In this document: one piece after another, positions 60,583-64,000 of the stretch
Layout of the letters: each line of letters begins with the position of its first letter
Position numbering within the stretch: position 1 is the stretch's first letter
Origin: Candidatus Hermodarchaeum yapensis
Lineage (GTDB): Archaea; Asgardarchaeota; Hermodarchaeia; Hermodarchaeales; Hermodarchaeaceae
Assembly: GCA_016840405.1 (NCBI GenBank)
Contig: JAEOSK010000010.1
Coordinates: 1 to 64,000, forward strand
Direction of reading: 5' to 3'
DNA: 64,000 nt
The notes under the pieces: model-generated
What the model was told of the DNA's origin: nothing
Seen by the model: only the letters and a program-made list of their open reading frames with translations
The model's database searches: none
Translations under genes and position numbers: made by a program

Positions 60583-61455
60583 CTAGCTTGGACATGTCGT
60601 ATCAGTAGGATTTACGGGGTGACGTTTTCCTGTGCTATCACGCGTCCATCGACCAAAGTCAGAATTTTTCAAGGTCTTAACATCGAAGACTGGTCCCTCA
60701 TGACATACTCGTCGACCTTTGGAATCAATAATACAATGCCCGCAAAGGCCAACCCCGCATTTCATGTAGCGTTCTAAGCTAACCTGTAATGGAATTGGAA
60801 ACTTCTGAAGGAGCAGGTTCAAGTTAACTAGCATCCCTTCTGGACCACAAGCTAGAGAAGCAGCATACTCGGAGTTGGCTTCAAGTAGAAAGGCTGCAGC
60901 ATCAACCGATGTGCCTTGAATGCCTTCTGACCCATCATCTGTTGCAACTACAAGGTTTCGCAACTTGAGCTCCTTGAATGGCTGTTGGAAGAGGAGCTCT
61001 TCACTTGTTGTTGCACCAAGTGCGACATCAACGGCGAATCCCGTCTCTAAAGCAGTCGTTGCTGCAAATAATATCGGAGGTGTGCCACACCCACCGGCCA
61101 CTAAAAGGAGGGCTTTACCCTTTGGTTTTTTGGGGAAGACAAAACCTTCTCCAAGGGGTCCACGAACGCCAAGAAGGTCACCTGGTTTTAGCTTATGAAG
61201 TGCTGTGGTTGCATCACCCACGCGGGCTACCGTAAATTCGACTTGATCTCCGCTTGCATTGGAGATGCTCATGGGTATCTCATCGGTTCCGGGAATCCAC
61301 ACCATCATAAACTGCCCAGGAGTTGCAATCCGAGCAATAGGTGCTGCAGAAAGTGTAAACCTCTTATTACGTGGAGTCTCTGTCTTTACATTGAGAATTG
61401 GAGTGACGATGGGGTGAAGGGCTGTTGAGGGTGTGAGCTTCTTGTTGGTTGTCAT
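60583..61455 (-). CDS. pyrK: Dihydroorotate dehydrogenase electron-transfer subunit
   Basis: PGQFMMVW, RGPLG.GF, GGCG, CGPE, ERYMKCGVGLCGHC, VCHEGPVF. Confidence 0.95.
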   Translation of the reverse strand: MTTNKKLTPSTALHPIVTPILNVKTETPRNKRFTLSAAPIARIATPGQFMMVWIPGTDEIPMSISNASGDQVEFTVARVGDATTALHKLKPGDLLGVRGPLGEGFVFPKKPKGKALLLVAGGCGTPPILFAATTALETGFAVDVALGATTSEELLFQQPFKELKLRNLVVATDDGSEGIQGTSVDAAAFLLEANSEYAASLACGPEGMLVNLNLLLQKFPIPLQVSLERYMKCGVGLCGHCIIDSKGRRVCHEGPVFDVKTLKNSDFGRWTRDSTGKRHPVNPTDTTCPS

Positions 61456-62780
61456 TCTTCTTCACGATTATAGATGGTTGTTCCCCCAAGGAGGGTTCGT
61501 TGAACTCGGCCTTTCACTTTCCAACCCTCGAATGGTGTGAGAGTCGATTTGTTGTGAAGTGTTTCACTTCGTATTGTCGAGGTGGCTTTGGGATCGAATA
61601 AGACGATATCAGCATCGGCTCCTACTACAAGTTGACCTTTCTCAATCCATTGGGCGTTTCGGATTCCAAATCGTTTTGCAGGATTATATCCCATCATTTG
61701 GATAAGCATTGGTAACGGCATTTCTGCTTTTTGGACCAACTTGGTATACAGGAGTGGTAATGTAGTTTCAACTCCGATAATTCCTCCGGGAGCAGTAGCG
61801 AAGTCAGCGTCAGATCCGGTTTTTTCAGCTGCTGTGTGTGGAGCATGGTCCGAGGCAATAATCGTGATTTGTCCTGCAAAACAAGCATTGAGTAAGGCTT
61901 CCGTATCTTTGGTCGAACGAAGCGGTGGATAACATTTTGCGATGGGACCAATTTTTGCCATGTCTTTTACTGTTAGAAGCAGATGGTGGGGTGTGACTTC
62001 AGTCGTTACAGGTATGCCTTTATGTTTTGCTGCAAGGATATGGCGAAAGCCTGCAGCTGTGGAGATATGACAGATATGAAGACTACATAGTGGAGGCTCA
62101 GCAAGAAGCGTTTCAATGCATTCTACTTCCGCTTCAGGCGGTCGGCTAGCAAGAAATGCATATGAAGAGCCATCTGTCGGCTCTGAAAGCTTCGCTGGAT
62201 CTTCCGCGTGAATCGTAAGTGGATTTCCCAGAGGTGCAAGATACGGAATTGCAGGGCCTTCTTGATGAGGCATATATATTTTGAATGATATGATACCTGC
62301 GTCGATAAGCTGATTTGCCATATCAACTAATGCAAGCTCTTGACTTTCCCAATTCGTTTCTTTGGTAAGAGCTGCTTCTTCAGCGAGATAGGGACCACCA
62401 TGAAAAGCATAATCAACTAAGCATTTCTTTTCTGCCCGTTGGATTTTTTCAAACAGCCGTTCTGTAGTCGTTGTGGGCGGCTTCGTATTCGGCATATCGA
62501 TAATTGTGGTGATACCACCAGCTGCCGCGGCTAATGAACCCGTTCCAAAGTCTTCCTTCTCGGGAAATCCAGGATCACGAAAATGAACATGAGCATCCAC
62601 CAATCCAGGAAACACTAAGTAACCAGAAGCATTAATGACTACATCGGCTTCCTCTTGAGCGCTCTTTCCAGGTTTAATGATCGCTGTTATGAGCCCATTG
62701 TCAACTAAGATATCTCCTTCTTCGATGCTTTCGGACAGGACTAGGCGTCCATTCATTATTTTCAGGTCATGGACCGCCAT
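61452..62780 (-). CDS. pyrC: Dihydroorotase
   Basis: DAHVHFRDPG, DMPNT.P, HAED, HICHIS, EVTPHHL, PPLR, SDHAPH; lies between pyrD and pyrK. Confidence 0.9.
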   Translation of the reverse strand: MAVHDLKIMNGRLVLSESIEEGDILVDNGLITAIIKPGKSAQEEADVVINASGYLVFPGLVDAHVHFRDPGFPEKEDFGTGSLAAAAGGITTIIDMPNTKPPTTTTERLFEKIQRAEKKCLVDYAFHGGPYLAEEAALTKETNWESQELALVDMANQLIDAGIISFKIYMPHQEGPAIPYLAPLGNPLTIHAEDPAKLSEPTDGSSYAFLASRPPEAEVECIETLLAEPPLCSLHICHISTAAGFRHILAAKHKGIPVTTEVTPHHLLLTVKDMAKIGPIAKCYPPLRSTKDTEALLNACFAGQITIIASDHAPHTAAEKTGSDADFATAPGGIIGVETTLPLLYTKLVQKAEMPLPMLIQMMGYNPAKRFGIRNAQWIEKGQLVVGADADIVLFDPKATSTIRSETLHNKSTLTPFEGWKVKGRVQRTLLGGTTIYNREEE

Positions 62781-62781
62781 T

Positions 62782-63747
62782 CTATGTTTTCACGTCCTGA
62801 GATTTCATCCGTCCTGTTAATTGGGTAATTCGTTTGATTCGATGGCGCTTCATATATTCTGTCAACTCATCGCAAATTTGAGTGAAAATTGTGGAGCCTC
62901 GGGTTAAGACTCCAGTACCAATTTCGACAGCACTTGCGCCAGCAAGGAAGTATTCGATGACATCTTGACCTGTTAGAATCCCTCCGACTCCAATAATCGG
63001 AATGGTGAGTCCTGACTGATATAATTCCCAGACAGCGCGTATTGCAATTGGCTTTATCGCTGGACCAGATAATCCACCAATCCCTGCCCCTAAAAGAGGT
63101 CTTCGAGATTCGACATCTAAGGCGAGTGCTGGAAGTGTGTTCAAGGCCACGACAGCAGAGGCACCGGCTTTTTCTGCGGCTTTTGCAACTTGTACAAGTC
63201 GCGGGTAATCTGTCGAGCCTGGAAGTTTCACCCAAACAGGGATCTCCTTTTCTGTTTGTTTAACGACTTGGGAAACAACGGCACTAGTACTTTGTGGATC
63301 CATACCGAGGAGATATAGTGAGCCAACATGGGGACAGGAGACATTTAGCTCAATTGCTGTCACACCTGCTTTACGTAAGGCAACAGCAACTTTAGCAAAC
63401 TCCTCTGGACTACTCCCCAACGCACTCCCAATCACCGGAATACTCTGGTTCACAGCTGCATTAATTTCAGGTAAATAATCTTCAATTCCTGGATTTGGAA
63501 TCCCCATGGCGTTCATTAAGCTATTACCATAGAGTCCCACAATTCGAGGACCTGGGTGCCCTGACCGGGGCTGTAAACCTACGGTTTTTGTAACAACCGC
63601 TGCGGCCCCATCTTTCCATGCTCGAATGAGCCCACCGGCTGCCACTCCCAAAACGCCTGATGCTAAAATTGTTGGATTCGGTAATTTGACAGAACCAATC
63701 TTCACTTTTAGACGGGAATTCTTTTTTTCACGGTCCTTAACTGCCAC
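62782..63747 (-). CDS. pyrD: Dihydroorotate dehydrogenase, family 1B catalytic subunit
   Basis: ASG, VTKT, NAMG..NPG, ELNVSCPH, GGLSGPAIKPIA, IGVGGI. Confidence 0.96.
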   Translation of the reverse strand: MAVKDREKKNSRLKVKIGSVKLPNPTILASGVLGVAAGGLIRAWKDGAAAVVTKTVGLQPRSGHPGPRIVGLYGNSLMNAMGIPNPGIEDYLPEINAAVNQSIPVIGSALGSSPEEFAKVAVALRKAGVTAIELNVSCPHVGSLYLLGMDPQSTSAVVSQVVKQTEKEIPVWVKLPGSTDYPRLVQVAKAAEKAGASAVVALNTLPALALDVESRRPLLGAGIGGLSGPAIKPIAIRAVWELYQSGLTIPIIGVGGILTGQDVIEYFLAGASAVEIGTGVLTRGSTIFTQICDELTEYMKRHRIKRITQLTGRMKSQDVKT

Positions 63748-63836
63748 TGTTATCGAAACTCACATTGATATACCTACATATTAATGCCTTTTCACCACTG
63801 CTATTCACTGAATCTATACCCAGCCATACTATCTCT

Positions 63837-64000
63837 CTAGTAGCGAAATTGGAGGCCAAGGAAATGAAGAGGGGTTCGCTGGATTTTTTCATCTGGTCCT
63901 TCGGTGCGTAATTCTAGCGTATTGATGATATCATAACCTCGTCGAACAAAAAAGCGAATCGCGTCAATATTCCGTGGAACAACCGACAAATAGAGATTGG
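63837..64000 (-). CDS. C-terminus of a GNAT acetyltransferase (partial, enters from the window edge)
   Basis: Manual translation ...LYLSVVPRNIDAIRFFVRRGYDIINTLEL...LGLQFRY* contains the GNAT motif N..A..F....G. Confidence 0.7.
   Translation of the reverse strand, partial: NLYLSVVPRNIDAIRFFVRRGYDIINTLELRTEGPDEKIQRTPLHFLGLQFRY

Noticed and set aside
61452-62780. Allantoinase or dihydropyrimidinase as an alternative to PyrC
   Set aside because: The HxHxR substrate-binding Arg and the position between pyrD and pyrK favour dihydroorotase.

Overview
This window is gene-dense archaeal chromosome, almost certainly from an Asgard archaeon (inferred from a gelsolin-domain protein, a Rab-like GTPase, longin, DENN-like and CdvA-like proteins, and methanopterin genes). 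From left to right: (1) Two tandem paralogous surface-protein genes on the minus strand. One is complete (~4,066 aa, 15 near-identical 113-aa Ig-like repeats with a 5-unit super-repeat, one TM helix, ~250-aa cytoplasmic tail). The other was missed by the ORF track and is cut by the window edge. Both sit behind matching promoters and predicted ~133-134-nt leaders that can fold into multi-stem structures without sharing internal sequence. (2) A 1,100-aa GNAT fusion and eukaryotic-signature-like genes (Zn-finger/DENN-like, longin-coiled-coil, gelsolin, Zn-ribbon/CdvA-like, two amphipathic-helix hairpin paralogs, Rab-like GTPase). (3) A divergent hsp20/ArsR heat-shock pair with HSR1-like boxes, an HDAC and an ABC transporter. 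(4) A lipid-linked glycosylation locus ending in a double GT-C fusion. (5) A methanopterin biosynthesis cluster. (6) A Zn-wHTH/MinD/51-aa-repeat solenoid operon. (7) A convergent pyrimidine cluster with a PyrF-PyrE fusion and an embedded archaeosortase-like gene. No rRNA, tRNA, CRISPR array or mobile element was recognised. All family calls are by motif recognition, with no database search.
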